Source: Candidatus Methylomirabilia bacterium
GTDB lineage: Bacteria; Methylomirabilota; Methylomirabilia; Rokubacteriales; CSP1-6
Reading direction: 5' to 3'
Assembly: GCA_041497895.1 (NCBI GenBank)
Contig: JBGQHJ010000056.1
Coordinates: forward strand, 1 to 28,255
DNA: 28,255 nucleotides
The position numbers and the translations under genes were made by a program. Of this stretch, positions 27,641 through 28,255 are shown piece by piece. The number at the start of each line of letters is the position of its first letter. Positions within the stretch are counted from its first letter, which is position 1. The notes under the pieces are model-generated. The model was given only the letters and a program-made list of their open reading frames with translations, did no database searches and had not been told where the DNA came from.

Positions 27641-27692
27641 CGAGGGCATCCGGTCGAGCCGGCGCTCGTCACCGGGGGAAAGGAGAAGTCAC

Positions 27693-28013
27693 ATGGGACG
27701 CAGCACGGTCGCGGTGCTCGGCGGATTGATCTCGGTGTTCGTGCTCTCGCTCGGCACCGACCAGGTGCTGCACACGCTCCAGGTCTTTCCGCCCTGGGGC
27801 CAGCCGATGTACGACACCGGCTTGCTGCTGCTGGCCCTGGCCTACCGGATCGTCTACGGCGTGGTCGGCGGCTACGTCGCGGCGTGGCTCGCGCCGCGCA
27901 GCCCGATGCGTCACGCGCTGGCACTAGGCGTCGTGGGGCTCGGACTGAGCACGGCCGGCGCCATCGGCATGCGTGACCTGGGGCCGAGCTGGTACCCGAT
28001 CGCCGCTCGGTAG
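27693..28013 (+). CDS. Small uncharacterised membrane protein, possibly C-terminally truncated
   Basis: AAGGAG RBS at 27680-85 and three hydrophobic segments. Motifs GGYVAAWLAP..PMRHA and GPSWYPIA, followed by an abrupt stop. Confidence 0.7.
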   Translation: MGRSTVAVLGGLISVFVLSLGTDQVLHTLQVFPPWGQPMYDTGLLLLALAYRIVYGVVGGYVAAWLAPRSPMRHALALGVVGLGLSTAGAIGMRDLGPSWYPIAAR

Positions 28014-28255
28014 GGTCTGGCTCGCCGCGCGATCACCGGAGGCAGCGCGACCTCGACCGCGCGGGCCATCACCGACAGATCCATGCTCGGCTCCTCGAGG
28101 CCGTGCGCGGCCACCATCGAGGGCAGGAAGGGCAGGTGGATGAAGCCGGCCGGGATGGTCAGGCCTCGCCGGGCGAGCGCGTGCAGCGTGGTGTAGGAGA
28201 TGTCGTTGCAGAGGTAGGTGCCGGCGGTGTTCGAGATCGCGGCGGGTATGCCCTC
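27911..28255 (-). CDS. pcp: Pyroglutamyl-peptidase I (C15), 3' part; 5' end outside the window
   Basis: The minus frame from 28255 reads EGIPAAISNTAGTYLCNDISY...GFIHLPF...PSMDL, containing the catalytic Cys and His motifs. The first in-frame stop is at 27911. Confidence 0.85.
   Translation of the reverse strand, partial: EGIPAAISNTAGTYLCNDISYTTLHALARRGLTIPAGFIHLPFLPSMVAAHGLEEPSMDLSVMARAVEVALPPVIARRARPYRAAIGYQLGPRSRMPMAPAVLSPSPTTPSASA

Overview
Very GC-rich, gene-dense bacterial window. Its style would fit a soil lineage such as Rokubacteria, but that is inference only. I see no rRNA/tRNA genes, CRISPR array or mobile element. The left part (1-10.2 kb) holds assorted catabolic and regulatory genes: an SCP-x-type thiolase, an alpha/beta hydrolase, a sensor with a HisKA domain but no ATPase domain, a frameshifted Baeyer-Villiger monooxygenase, a vanadium-haloperoxidase-like protein coupled to an acyl-CoA-dehydrogenase-fold enzyme opposite an HxlR regulator, and a class C serine hydrolase. 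The centre (10.2-24.4 kb) is a divergent nitrogen-scavenging locus. Its rightward arm has a sigma54 promoter with two NtrC-like boxes, then a BMP-type ABC importer interleaved with biuret hydrolase (biuH) and triuret hydrolase (trtA), then a Liv-type ABC importer. Its leftward arm has translationally coupled FdrA/AllF-like and DUF1116/AllG-like genes plus a stand-alone allophanate-hydrolase C-terminal (GGCT-fold) gene. The allophanate amidase (AtzF), TrtB/AtzH, AllH and carbamate kinase are all absent from the window. The leading hypothesis is an undescribed triuret/biuret pathway that ends in a carbamoyltransferase-like step rather than allophanate hydrolysis. The right end has a LipJ-like hydrolase-cyclase, an ArsR-DUF899-DUF899 operon with a clear operator, a small membrane protein and a partial pyroglutamyl peptidase I.
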